Assembly (NCBI GenBank): GCA_044892525.1
Contig: CM097885.1
Coordinates: forward strand, 45,262,001-45,326,000
Direction: 5' to 3'
Length of the DNA stretch: 64,000 nucleotides
Source of the DNA: Schmidtea polychroa
Lineage: Eukaryota
Shown: in pieces, positions 38,281 to 51,534 of the stretch
Layout of the letters: every line of letters begins with the position of its first letter
Numbering within the stretch: the first letter of the stretch is position 1
The notes under the pieces: model-generated
Databases searched by the model: none
Seen by the model: the letters and a program-made list of their open reading frames with translations, nothing else
Told to the model about the DNA's origin: nothing
Position numbers and translations under genes: made by a program

Positions 38281-38396
38281 ATTATTATTATTATTAATAT
38301 TATTTTATTATTTATTTATTTTTTTTTTAAATTTTAATTTATTTTTTTATTATTTATTTATATTTTCATTTTTATTTTTTTTTATTATTATTATTA

Positions 38397-38516
<120 letters not shown>

Positions 38517-38727
38517 TTTATTATTATTATTATTTTCATTATTATTATTATTATTAAGATTTACAAATTATTATTAGCTTGCATAATAAATTAAGACATT
38601 AAAAGATATATTGAATCACAGATCAATTCGATAACAATACGTCATCTATATCAATATCATTGTCATCATTGGCTTCATTGTCATCATCATTGAAATCTGG
38701 ACTCATTCCGCTAAAAAGTGAACGAAT

Positions 38728-41700
38728 TTATGAAATTACTTGATCAACATCTGGAACATCGACTCCTAAATAATGTCCATATGCGAGACTGGAATTTTTC
38801 CCCACCCATAATCGTTTGTCATCGTTGTTTGACAACGCGAACTTGGTATTTTTAAACGTAAGAAGCTGGTGGTTACGCGTCCCTATTCTAGTTTGTGGTA
38901 CCGAAAATACTACGCTGTTGTTGTAGCAGTCTAAATAAGACTGGTGCCCTATCTCAGTATTACCAAGCTGAACTCCCTTTGCTTTTAAATGATTTTTATC
39001 CCCTAACAAACTATAGCACTTGGGTCTTAAGAAAACCCATTCCTTATACCCTAAACCTTTACTTTCGTCCTTAAATTTCCCTATCACAGAATCCAAACTC
39101 TTTGAATACAAAGGATGAGCAGGATCATAATTGCTAGTATCTAGAAGATTATCACGAATCATTGCCGGCAAAAGAGTGTCAAGCTTACAGTGCTTTATCT
39201 CTAAGAAAAAGGAGTCAGTGTCACCGGCAACGATATTTATATTACAATTAAATTCAGACCTGTACTTGGCCAATTCCACATTTTGTAGTTGATACATTCT
39301 TAGTTTAGACAGGTCTAACACTGTTTGACCAATATAGCTAGGCCTGTCTAAACATATTGAATCTTTATCCAGATGAGCAGCAATCAGATCATCAGCAATT
39401 TTGATAGATTTTCTGAAAGTAGGTTTTGAAGCATATACAATCATCTTTTCAGCTGAATTGCATAGCCTCAAATTCATCCGCTTTTTCAGATTCTCCACCG
39501 ATTTACCATACAAGCTATTGTTAAATAATTTGTATAAATCCCTATATAATTCACATGTAGAATTGGCTCGTAAATTAGTGTTTTTGTTTATGTACGATTT
39601 AAAAATGGGTGCATGCTTAAATTTAATTGCCCTATGTACATTTTTAATAATAGCCCCCAACTCTATATACAACTTGAGAAGTCGCCAATGAAGAACATGG
39701 TTCTTCTTCGGCCAATGCGTGAGCATCAGCTTCTCAACTTTCGAATCTGGCGGGCACATTTTTTACGGAGCAATCGGAAAATCATTCAAAAAATCATGCA
39801 CACACTGAGGGATATCAATATCAACCTCCAGAGTATACCCATATGGAAGATTTTCAATATCCTCATTCATACATTCATTCAAGACAGAATCAAGATCATC
39901 ATACACCCATTCAAAGTCAGCATAAGGCAGATTTTGGCTTAAGGCCCATCCATACAAGTTATTTATGTCAATATACAAGAGTTCTGTGTCTTCAGAACTA
40001 GCAACATAATGTTTGTTAACAAATGTTAACCCACCTCGTATCCCTCCCTCATAGAAATTAAACATTTCCATGTCCTGCAGAAGTTCAATGGGTTCCGTTA
40101 ATGTCATAAGCGCTGAGGCCCATGACATACCGGGAATGCCATAGAAATTAAGAGGCTCCAGACCATTGTAAGCAATGGCCTTTGCACGGAATTGTTGAAA
40201 ATAATCTGCGAGGAGAAACACGTCTAATTTAAGGTAAGTTAACATGTAATCTAACATGTTGTTGCAATTTTGCTGAGTCCAAATAACTTGGGCTAATGCA
40301 TACTCATCATTAGACACAGAATCCCAGATCGGAGGTAGTTCAAGAGTCGATTTCAGAACCTCAAGAGATGTAGCGAAGTCATATGGAAAAATACTTTTGG
40401 CTCAAACAATTGCGCCATCAAAAACAGAAGAAGTTAAAGGCAGATCGGAAAGAGTCTTAACTGCTTTTGCTAGAGATGAATTAACAAACTGCATGCTGTC
40501 AATAAAACGAACAGGCAATTTGTTAATATACGCGATGAGGGAGATGAATTTCTCGGTAGTAGTCGGAATAATATTTAATTCCCAAGAAGGAAAATTATTC
40601 AAACCATACTTCAAAATATGATGGAGATCATACCCCCTCAAATTATGAAACACAACCGGTAACTGGCTCTGAATTCGCCGAGAAACATTACATTTCCTAC
40701 AAGCAGCACCAAGATACCTGCCTGAGAAGTGGCAATGGTCCCTAACTCTATCTTTAATAAATTTCTTACAAAGGTAACAGGTTCTGGATTCTCGAAAAGC
40801 CCGCTCTTCAGTGAAAGACAAGGTTTGCATGGGCTTTTTCCCATTAATTTCGTAATATGGCAGGACAATTTTGACCGCAATTTCATCCACCTTACGCAAG
40901 AAAGACAACACACAATCATCACCAACAAACTCATAATAAAATTTTGTGTTATTATAATTATTAATTAATAACATGCCTGCTGTTATTGGCAAGTGTTTTT
41001 GATGATGGGTAATATCCTCGGGTAAAATTGCCTCAAAATCGGCATATATCACAAATGGCGGGGTGATTGTTTTGGAGTAATCTTTAAATAATAAATTTTT
41101 ATCTTTAGGTAGTGTGTATAGAGTTGTTCCTATCTGGTTTTTTATGCATAAGGCGACATGAATATCAAATGCATTTTTATGTCTAAATCCGTTAAGACAA
41201 TGGGGGCACCAGTTAACTTTAATTCTAACGCTGCATTCACTGCTAGAGTGACAATTCATTAGTCTTTGTAAGGTAAAAACTGCGGTATAATGGAAATTAT
41301 CACCGTCTTCCAATAAAAGTAAGTATATGGGTTCACCACCTATAACCTTAGATCGGTGAATAATATCTAATTGAGGATGATGTGGAATATAGTTACTATC
41401 ATCGTTTTCAGAAGGCTTAGCTGGGTTCTTTTTATAAATTAAAACATTTATTGATAAATTTAAATCATTATTTTTCCTTTCAAATTTAGGGATATCACAT
41501 AATTTCATGGGACAATCACTTATAGGGTCAAAATTTAACTCGTCAAGATAATTTTCATAGGAACTAACTCTATTTCTATTTATATGTACTACATTACGTT
41601 TTAAAAGGGCTAAAATACTATATATAAAGCACATATCGTCAGTGTTTTTGACGATTACTATTGCTTTTTTAGAATTTAAAGCCGCTGGGGTGGGGATATA

Positions 41701-42477
41701 ACTATGTCCAGCTAATCTATTTATACATTTATATTTATTTATTATAAAATCTATCTCTTTGATTTTAACCACTCGCCATCCGCTACCCAAATATGTGAAT
41801 TTTTCTATTTTCTCATTTAACTTAGTGATACCCTTTACTAGAAAATTATCTGAAAAAACTTCGGCGTTATTGGAGAAAAAATTATCTCGGATTTCGCCAT
41901 CTTTCTCAAATTGGATTAAAACGGTGAATTGTATTTTAACTGTGCCCATACCGTTTATTTCGGTAATTAATTTATTTGTCATCTTATTTGTAATGAAAAC
42001 TTGTACCAAGTTATCTTTTTCCATATTAAATCGTAAATTCTTTCTAGCCCCCTTAAAATCTATCTCAATTTCAGGTTCATCGTCAATATCGATCGAACCA
42101 CCTATTTGATTATATATTGAATCACCAGTTGTATTAATTTTAACAATTTTAGAGGGAACACCAGACCCAAAACTAACAGCAGGCTGTTTATTATTATTTA
42201 GAATATTATTTATTTTAGTATTTAGATTCGTATTTAGATTCGTATTTAGATTAGTATTATTTACATTATTATTTATATGTTTTGTATTATAATTATAATT
42301 TATAGGTTTTGTATTTAGGTGTTTTGTAGTATTATGTGTTGACTGTTGTATTTTGATAAACAATTTCTTTTTATTTAAAGAAAACAGATTTAAATGTGAT
42401 TTGTGAATATTATAAAACTCTATATTTAATGCTGTGGGAAGTCTCGCATATTGGACATATAAAGTAGTTGATGCCAT
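38728..42477 (-). pseudogene. Protein-primed family B DNA polymerase (pPolB), left-arm copy, two in-frame stops
   Basis: Same motifs as the right copy; TGA at 40402-40404 (private to this arm) and TAA at 39763-39765 (shared). Confidence 0.92.
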
Positions 42478-42800
42478 AGAATCTATGACCGTAGTATTTT
42501 TTCATATTTTTATGGCATATATTTGTATGATCATTTGATGACATGCAGTAGCGGGGGTATAATTTACCTGATAAATTATAAATATATATCAAATATATTA
42601 ATAGATTTAAAAATTAATAGTTAATTGCATTTATATTTAATGTCTTTATTAACAATTCTTAAGCAGTTTTTATCGCATAATAATTATAAAACGGAATAAT
42701 AATCGGAATACATATATAATTTATTGTAATATTTTTATTATCAGAGGTATAAAATATGGGAGATATGAAATCATAAATATTATTATCATTGTTATTATTA

Positions 42801-42841
<41 letters not shown>

Positions 42842-43130
42842 TTTAAATATTATTATAAAAGAGAGTAGTTGCGTGCTCAATGCAAACTATGTTTGACAAT
42901 TAATATTTTCAAAGTATTATTTCTATTCAATAATTATTTTCATAACAACTTATTAATTTCAACATCATTTTCAGGAACATATTCATATTTGTCATAATTT
43001 TCAGATTTTTCATAAGTTTCTGGAACATTCTCATAATTTTCAACATTTTCATAATTTATATGTGGTTATTAAACAAATTAATTATCAAACACAATTTTAA
43101 ATTAATTTAAAAAATAATAGTAAAATATAA

Positions 43131-43626
43131 CTAACATTTTGATTCTATATCGGAACCATCCTCAGATTCATCCCCATAAGAAACGGAGGCATGATTAATT
43201 TCCTCCTCAATTGATGTGAGGACATATTCATCAGAAACAGCATTAATATTTGGGGCATATTCAACATTCGAGGTATCATTACCTAAAGTTTTTGTAATTC
43301 ATTAATTAAATAAAATAAATTTACCCGTTGATTCCATGATAATATCTCGGGTATTGTCCTCAATAACATTTTCACCATCATTAATTGTTTGATCAACTAA
43401 ACAATTTTTAATTTCAATTAAATTTTAAAAATAAATTTACTTAATAAAAGATCTTCTTCATTGTCACTAATAATGATTGGCAGATCTTGATTATAGTTGT
43501 CGGCCTCGGTGACTTCATACCATAAATTCTCTAAAATAATAAATAATAATAATAATAAAAATAAAATAATTTACCGTTTTCTCCAGCCAACATGGCGCGT
43601 AAAATATTATCTAATTCACTGTCCAT
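43131..43626 (-). CDS. Four-exon acidic WYEVTE protein, left-arm copy
   Basis: Mirror of 45265..45760. Confidence 0.7.
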
Positions 43627-43979
43627 TTTAATCGAAATTTTTTAGTCGAAAATTTGTAAAATTTAAAAATAATTGTGACGATTTTGAAAATTGTAACTGT
43701 TTATAAAGAAAATGAATATTTTCCGGTCCAATCAAAATCAAGGAAGGGATAGGACAAAAATACATTACGTCGCGGTATTTTAAAATTTAAATATATTTTA
43801 AAAACACATTTTGACATTAAAGTTGATTTATTTAAAATTTTCATAATTTGCATTAATTTCATGATTATTTTCAATATTTTCTCTTTTTTAACGCTTTTAA
43901 CAGGTCCAATCTGGATTTAAGTGTAACAATGTATGGGCAGAATTTAATTTTATACAAAAGGGTGCAATTACAATTTCAG

Positions 43980-44588
43980 TTTGTTTCTTTGTCTGTAATA
44001 CACACATGCTATTTCAATAAATTTGTATTTTTCATACATTTAACGTAATTTTCTTGGATTTTTATTAATATACTATATAGATAAAATTGAATTTTCTATA
44101 AAATAGCTTGATTAAAATTTATGTATCTTGTTTTGTGTGTAATACACACATGTTTTTACAATAAATTTGTATTTTTCATACATTTAACGTAATTTTCTTG
44201 GATTTTTATTAATATATTATATAGATAAAATTGAATTTTCTATAAAATAGCTTGATTAAAATTTAGGTATCTTGTTTTGTATATAATACACACATGTTTT
44301 TACAATAAATTTGTATTTTTCATACATTTAACGTAATTTTTTTAGGATTTTATTTATATAATATATAGATTAAATTTAATTTTCTATAAAATAGCTTGAT
44401 TAAAATTTATGTATCTTGTTTTGCGTGTAATACACACATGTTTTTACAATAAATTTGTATTTTTCATACATTTAACGTAATTTTCTTAGGATTTTATTCA
44501 TATAATATATAGATAAAATTTAATTTTCTATAAAATAGCTTGATTAAAATTTATGTATCTTGTTTTATGTATAATACACACATGTTTA
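43980..44588 (+). repeat. 144-bp tandem repeat, ~4.2 copies, in the palindrome spacer
   Basis: AATACACACATG recurs at 43997, 44141, 44285, 44429 and 44573. Confidence 0.92.
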
Positions 44589-44812
44589 ATAATAATAATA
44601 ATAAAAATAATAATAATAATAATATTAATAATAATAATAATAATAATAATAAAATAATAATGATAATAATATAAATAATAAGAGTAATAATAATAAAAAA
44701 TAATAAAAATAATAATAAAAATAAAAAATAATAAAAAAAATAATGATAATAATAATAAAAAAATAGAAATAATAAAATAAAAATAAATAAATAAATAATA
44801 ATAATGATAATC

Positions 44813-44885
<73 letters not shown>

Positions 44886-44889
44886 TAAT

Positions 44890-44941
<52 letters not shown>

Positions 44942-45154
44942 GTAATAATAATAATATTAATAGTAATAATAATTTGTAAATAAAATAAGATTTTGAAGAA
45001 AACAATCATGAAAATATTGAAAATAATCATGAAATTAATGCAAATTATGAAAATTTTAAATAAATCAACTTTAATGTCAAAATGTGTTTTTAAAATATAT
45101 TTAAATTTTAAAATACCGCGACGTAATGTATTTTTGTCCTATCCCTTCCTTGAT

Positions 45155-45220
45155 TTTGATTGGACCGGAAAATATTCATTTTCTTTATAAACAGTTACAA
45201 TTTTCAAAATCGTCACAATT
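45155..45220 (+). promoter_or_regulatory. Putative Pol II promoter of the WYEVTE gene (ATTGG box, CCGGAA, TATAAA)
   Basis: GATTGGACCGGAAAATATTCATTTTCTTTATAAAC; a homologous block sits at ~395-460 upstream of the element A ortholog. Confidence 0.55.
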
Positions 45221-45264
45221 ATTTTTAAATTTTACAAATTTTCGACTAAAAGATTTCGATTAAA

Positions 45265-45760
45265 ATGGACAGTGAATTAGATAATATTTTACGCGCCATG
45301 TTGGCTGGAGAAAACGGTAAATTATTTTATTTTTATTATTATTATTATTTATTATTTTAGAGAATTTATGGTATGAAGTCACCGAGGCCGACAACTATAA
45401 TCAAGATCTGCCAATCATTATTAGTGACAATGAAGAAGATCTTTTATTAAGTAAATTTATTTTTAAAATTTAATTGAAATTAAAAATTGTTTAGTTGATC
45501 AAACAATTAATGATGGTGAAAATGTTATTGAGGACAATACCCGAGATATTATCATGGAATCAACGGGTAAATTTATTTTATTTAATTAATGAATTACAAA
45601 AACTTTAGGTAATGATACCTCGAATGTTGAATATGCCCCAAATATTAATGCTGTTTCTGATGAATATGTCCTCACATCAATTGAGGAGGAAATTAATCAT
45701 GCCTCCGTTTCTTATGGGGATGAATCTGAGGATGGTTCCGATATAGAATCAAAATGTTAG
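45265..45760 (+). CDS. Four-exon acidic WYEVTE protein (~121 aa), right-arm copy
   Basis: Exons 45265-45316, 45361-45450, 45495-45566, 45609-45760 with phase-1 GTAAAT..TTAG introns of 44, 44 and 42 nt: MDSELDNILRAMLAGENENLWYEVTEADNYNQDLP... Confidence 0.72.
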
Positions 45761-46235
45761 TTATATTTTACTATTATTTTTTAAATTAATTTAAAATTGT
45801 GTTTGATAATTAATTTGTTTAATAACCACATATAAATTATGAAAATGTTGAAAATTATGAGAATGTTCCAGAAACTTATGAAAAATGCTGAAAATTATGA
45901 GAATGTTCCAGAAACTTATGAAAAATGCTGAAAATTATGAAAATGTTTCTGAAATTATTATGAAAATGTTGAAAATTATGAAAAATATGAAAATAATTCT
46001 GAAAATAATTATGAAAATCACGAAATGTTCCTGAAAATTATGAAAATCTTTCTGAAGATAATTATGAAAAATCTGAAAATTATGACAAATATGAATATGT
46101 TCCTGAAAATGATGTTGAAATTAATAAGTTGTTATGAAAATAATTATTGAATAGAAATAATACTTTGAAAATATTAATTGTCAAACATAGTTTGCATTGA
46201 GCACGCAACTACTCTCTTTTATAATAATATTTAAA

Positions 46236-46327
<92 letters not shown>

Positions 46328-46650
46328 TAATAATAACAATGATAATAATATTTATGATTTCATATCTCCCATATTTTATACCTCTGATAATAAAAATATT
46401 ACAATAAATTATATATGTATTCCGATTATTATTCCGTTTTATAATTATTATGCGATAAAAACTGCTTAAGAATTGTTAATAAAGACATTAAATATAAATG
46501 CAATTAACTATTAATTTTTAAATCTATTAATATATTTGATATATATTTATAATTTATCAGGTAAATTATACCCCCGCTACTGCATGTCATCAAATGATCA
46601 TACAAATATATGCCATAAAAATATGAAAAAATACTACGGTCATAGATTCT

Positions 46651-49600
46651 ATGGCATCAACTACTTTATATGTCCAATATGCGAGACTTCCCACAGCATT
46701 AAATATAGAGTTTTATAATATTCACAAATCACATTTAAATCTGTTTTCTTTAAATAAAAAGAAATTGTTTATCAAAATACAACAGTCAACACATAATACT
46801 ACAAAACACCTAAATACAAAACCTATAAATTATAATTATAATACAAAACATATAAATAATAATGTAAATAATACTAATCTAAATACGAATCTAAATACGA
46901 ATCTAAATACTAAAATAAATAATATTCTAAATAATAATAAACAGCCTGCTGTTAGTTTTGGGTCTGGTGTTCCCTCTAAAATTGTTAAAATTAATACAAC
47001 TGGTGATTCAATATATAATCAAATAGGTGGTTCGATCGATATTGACGATGAACCTGAAATTGAGATAGATTTTAAGGGGGCTAGAAAGAATTTACGATTT
47101 AATATGGAAAAAGATAACTTGGTACAAGTTTTCATTACAAATAAGATGACAAATAAATTAATTACCGAAATAAACGGTATGGGCACAGTTAAAATACAAT
47201 TCACCGTTTTAATCCAATTTGAGAAAGATGGCGAAATCCGAGATAATTTTTTCTCCAATAACGCCGAAGTTTTTTCAGATAATTTTCTAGTAAAGGGTAT
47301 CACTAAGTTAAATGAGAAAATAGAAAAATTCACATATTTGGGTAGCGGATGGCGAGTGGTTAAAATCAAAGAGATAGATTTTATAATAAATAAATATAAA
47401 TGTATAAATAGATTAGCTGGACATAGTTATATCCCCACCCCAGCGGCTTTAAATTCTAAAAAAGCAATAGTAATCGTCAAAAACACTGACGATATGTGCT
47501 TTATATATAGTATTTTAGCCCTTTTAAAACGTAATGTAGTACATATAAATAGAAATAGAGTTAGTTCCTATGAAAATTATCTTGACGAGTTAAATTTTGA
47601 CCCTATAAGTGATTGTCCCATGAAATTATGTGATATCCCTAAATTTGAAAGGAAAAATAATGATTTAAATTTATCAATAAATGTTTTAATTTATAAAAAG
47701 AACCCAGCTAAGCCTTCTGAAAACGATGATAGTAACTATATTCCACATCATCCTCAATTAGATATTATTCACCGATCTAAGGTTATAGGTGGTGAACCCA
47801 TATACTTACTTTTATTGGAAGACGGTGATAATTTCCATTATACCGCAGTTTTTACCTTACAAAGACTAATGAATTGTCACTCTAGCAGTGAATGCAGCGT
47901 TAGAATTAAAGTTAACTGGTGCCCCCATTGTCTTAACGGATTTAGACATAAAAATGCATTTGATATTCATGTCGCCTTATGCATAAAAAACCAGATAGGA
48001 ACAACTCTATACACACTACCTAAAGATAAAAATTTATTATTTAAAGATTACTCCAAAACAATCACCCCGCCATTTGTGATATATGCCGATTTTGAGGCAA
48101 TTTTACCCGAGGATATTACCCATCATCAAAAACACTTGCCAATAACAGCAGGCATGTTATTAATTAATAATTATAATAACACAAAATTTTATTATGAGTT
48201 TGTTGGTGATGATTGTGTGTTGTCTTTCTTGCGTAAGGTGGAGGAAATTGCGGTCAAAATTGTCCTGCCATATTACGAAATTAATGGGAAAAAGCCCATG
48301 CAAACCTTGTCTTTCACTGAAGAGCGGGCTTTTCGAGAATCCAGAACCTGTTACCTTTGTAAGAAATTTATTAAAGATAGAGTTAGGGACCATTGCCACT
48401 TCTCAGGCAGGTATCTTGGTGCTGCTTGTAGGAAATGTAATGTTTCTCGGCGAATTCAGAGCCAGTTACCGGTTGTGTTTCATAATTTGAGGGGGTATGA
48501 TCTCCATCATATTTTGAAGTATGGTTTGAATAATTTTCCTTCTTGGGAATTAAATATTATTCCGACTACTACCGAGAAATTCATCTCCCTCATCGCGTAT
48601 ATTAACAAATTGCCTGTTCGTTTTATTGACAGCATGCAGTTTGTTAATTCATCTCTAGCAAAAGCAGTTAAGACTCTTTCCGATCTGCCTTTAACTTCTT
48701 CTGTTTTTGATGGCGCAATTGTTCGAGCCAAAGGTATTTTTCCATATGACTTCGCTACATCTCTTGAGGTTCTGAAATCGACTCTTGAACTACCTCCGAT
48801 CTGGGATTCTGTGTCTAATGATGAGTATGCATTAGCCCAAGTTATTTGGACTCAGCAAAATTGCAACAACATGTTAGATTACATGTTAACTTACCTTAAA
48901 TTAGACGTGTTTCTCCTCGCAGATTATTTTCAACAATTCCGTGCAAAGGCCATTGCTTACAATGGTCTGGAGCCTCTTAATTTCTATGGCATTCCCGGTA
49001 TGTCATGGGCCTCAGCGCTTATGACATTAACGGAACCCATTGAACTTCTGCAGGACATGGAAATGTTTAATTTCTATGAGGGAGGGATACGAGGTGGGTT
49101 AACATTTGTTAACAAACATTATGTTGCTAGTTCTGAAGACACAGAACTCTTGTATATTGACATAAATAACTTGTATGGATGGGCCTTAAGCCAAAGTCTG
49201 CCTTATGCTGACTTTGAATGGGTGTATGATGATCTTGATTCTGTCTTGAATGAATGTATGAATGAGGATATTGAAAATCTTCCATATGGGTATACTCTGG
49301 AGGTTGATATTGATATCCCTCAGTGTGTGCATGATTTTTTGAATGATTTTCCGATTGCTCCGTAAAAAATGTGCCCGCCAGATTCGAAAGTTGAGAAGCT
49401 GATGCTCACGCATTGGCCGAAGAAGAACCATGTTCTTCATTGGCGACTTCTCAAGTTGTATATAGAGTTGGGGGCTATTATTAAAAATGTACATAGGGCA
49501 ATTAAATTTAAGCATGCACCCATTTTTAAATCGTACATAAACAAAAACACTAATTTACGAGCCAATTCTACATGTGAATTATATAGGGATTTATACAAAT

Positions 49601-50400
49601 TATTTAACAATAGCTTGTATGGTAAATCGGTGGAGAATCTGAAAAAGCGGATGAATTTGAGGCTATGCAATTCAGCTGAAAAGATGATTGTATATGCTTC
49701 AAAACCTACTTTCAGAAAATCTATCAAAATTGCTGATGATCTGATTGCTGCTCATCTGGATAAAGATTCAATATGTTTAGACAGGCCTAGCTATATTGGT
49801 CAAACAGTGTTAGACCTGTCTAAACTAAGAATGTATCAACTACAATATGTGGAATTGGCCAAGTACAGGTCTGAATTTAATTGTAATATAAATATCGTTG
49901 CCGGTGACACTGACTCCTTTTTCTTAGAGATAAAGCACTGTAAGCTTGACACTCTTTTGCCGGCAATGATTCGTGATAATCTTCTAGATACTAGCAATTA
50001 TGATCCTGCTCATCCTTTGTATTCAAAGAGTTTGGATTCTGTGATAGGGAAATTTAAGGACGAAAGTAAAGGTTTAGGGTATAAGGAATGGGTTTTCTTA
50101 AGACCCAAGTGCTATAGTTTGTTAGGGGATAAAAATCATTTAAAAGCAAAGGGAGTTCAGCTTGGTAATACTGAGATAGGGCACCAGTCTTATTTAGACT
50201 GCTACAACAACAGCGTAGTATTTTCGGTACCACAAACTAGAATAGGGACGCGTAACCACCAGCTTCTTACGTTTAAAAATACCAAGATCGCGTTGTCAAA
50301 CAACGATGACAAACGATTATGGGTGGGGAAAAATTCCAGTCTCGCATATGGACATTATTTAGGAGTCGATGTTCCAGATGTTGATCAAGTAATTTCATAA
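46651..50400 (+). pseudogene. Protein-primed family B DNA polymerase (pPolB), right-arm copy, one in-frame TAA (49363-49365)
   Basis: Exo motifs YADFE, FHNLRGYD, YLKLDV; endoVII-like Zn motif CYLC...RDHCH...CRKCN; GIRGG; YIDINNLYG; KLFNNSLYGK; GDTDS; LRPKCY; KAKG. True start uncertain. Confidence 0.93.
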
Positions 50401-51534
50401 ATTCGTTCACTTTTTAGCGGAATGAGTCCAGATTTCAATGATGATGACAATGAAGCCAATGATGACAATGATATTGATATAGATGACGTATTGTTATCGA
50501 ATTGATCTGTGATTCAATATATCTTTTAATGTCTTAATTTATTATGAAAACTAATAATAATTTGTAAATCTTAATAATAATAATAATAATGAAAATAATA
50601 ATAATAATAAAATAGTAATAATAATATTAATAATAATAAAATAATAATAATAATAAAAAAAAAATAAAAATGAAAATATAAATAAATAATAAAAAAATAA
50701 ATTAAAATATTAAAAAAAAAAAAAATAAATAAATAAAAAAATAATATTAATAATAATAATAATATTAATATTAATAATAATAATAATAGTAATAATAGTA
50801 ATATTAATAAAAATAGTAATAATAATAATAAAATGACTTTGTATTTACATAACCCTTGTTAAATTATTTTATTGTTTAAATAAATGTATGTTTTATTGAT
50901 TTGTTTAATAATACCCTTGCAACTTGTTGAGTGTGACCAGCACCTTTGTGAACAATACCCATAGGGGGGACAGAATATCTTGTCGGATAAACTCAGAGTA
51001 TATATAATAATAATCCCTGTGTTTCAAAGACCTTTATTTTCAAATAATAATATCTCTTGTCGGGAACTCTCGAATTTCAAATTAACAAAAAATTGAACTT
51101 TACATTAAAAAATTTGACCTTGAAAAGAATTTTTAAAAATTTCCACTAAGGGGGGGGGAGGGGGTATGTGATCCAGAGGGCCCTTGATCCAGATGGCCCC
51201 CATCCATCTACTTAATATATTTTAAAATTTTGATAGTGCTATTTAATTATTTAATAAAATTTAAAATAACTTACATTTTTTAAAATAATTTTGCTATTAA
51301 TATTCACATAAATAAATTAAAATGTGAAATTTTCATAATTTGTATTAAAATCTTTACAATAATTATATGGAGTAACAAGATATTTTATTTTTATGTAAAA
51401 TCCTGACAGCACACTTCATAATGTTTTTATTAAATTCAATGTTGTATTAGCTAAATATAAATATAATAATATTGAAATTTTAAATTATCCATAATAATAA
51501 TTATTATTATTATTATTATATTATTATTATTATT

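Noticed and set aside
43980..44588. CRISPR-like array (also considered for 14140-14790 and 9656-9714)
   Set aside because: Head-to-tail tandem units without unique spacers, no cas genes, eukaryotic context.
46536..46718. Small Cys/His ORF (CPICE) overlapping the pPolB start as a separate gene
   Set aside because: No supported upstream exon or homolog in the window; left uncalled.
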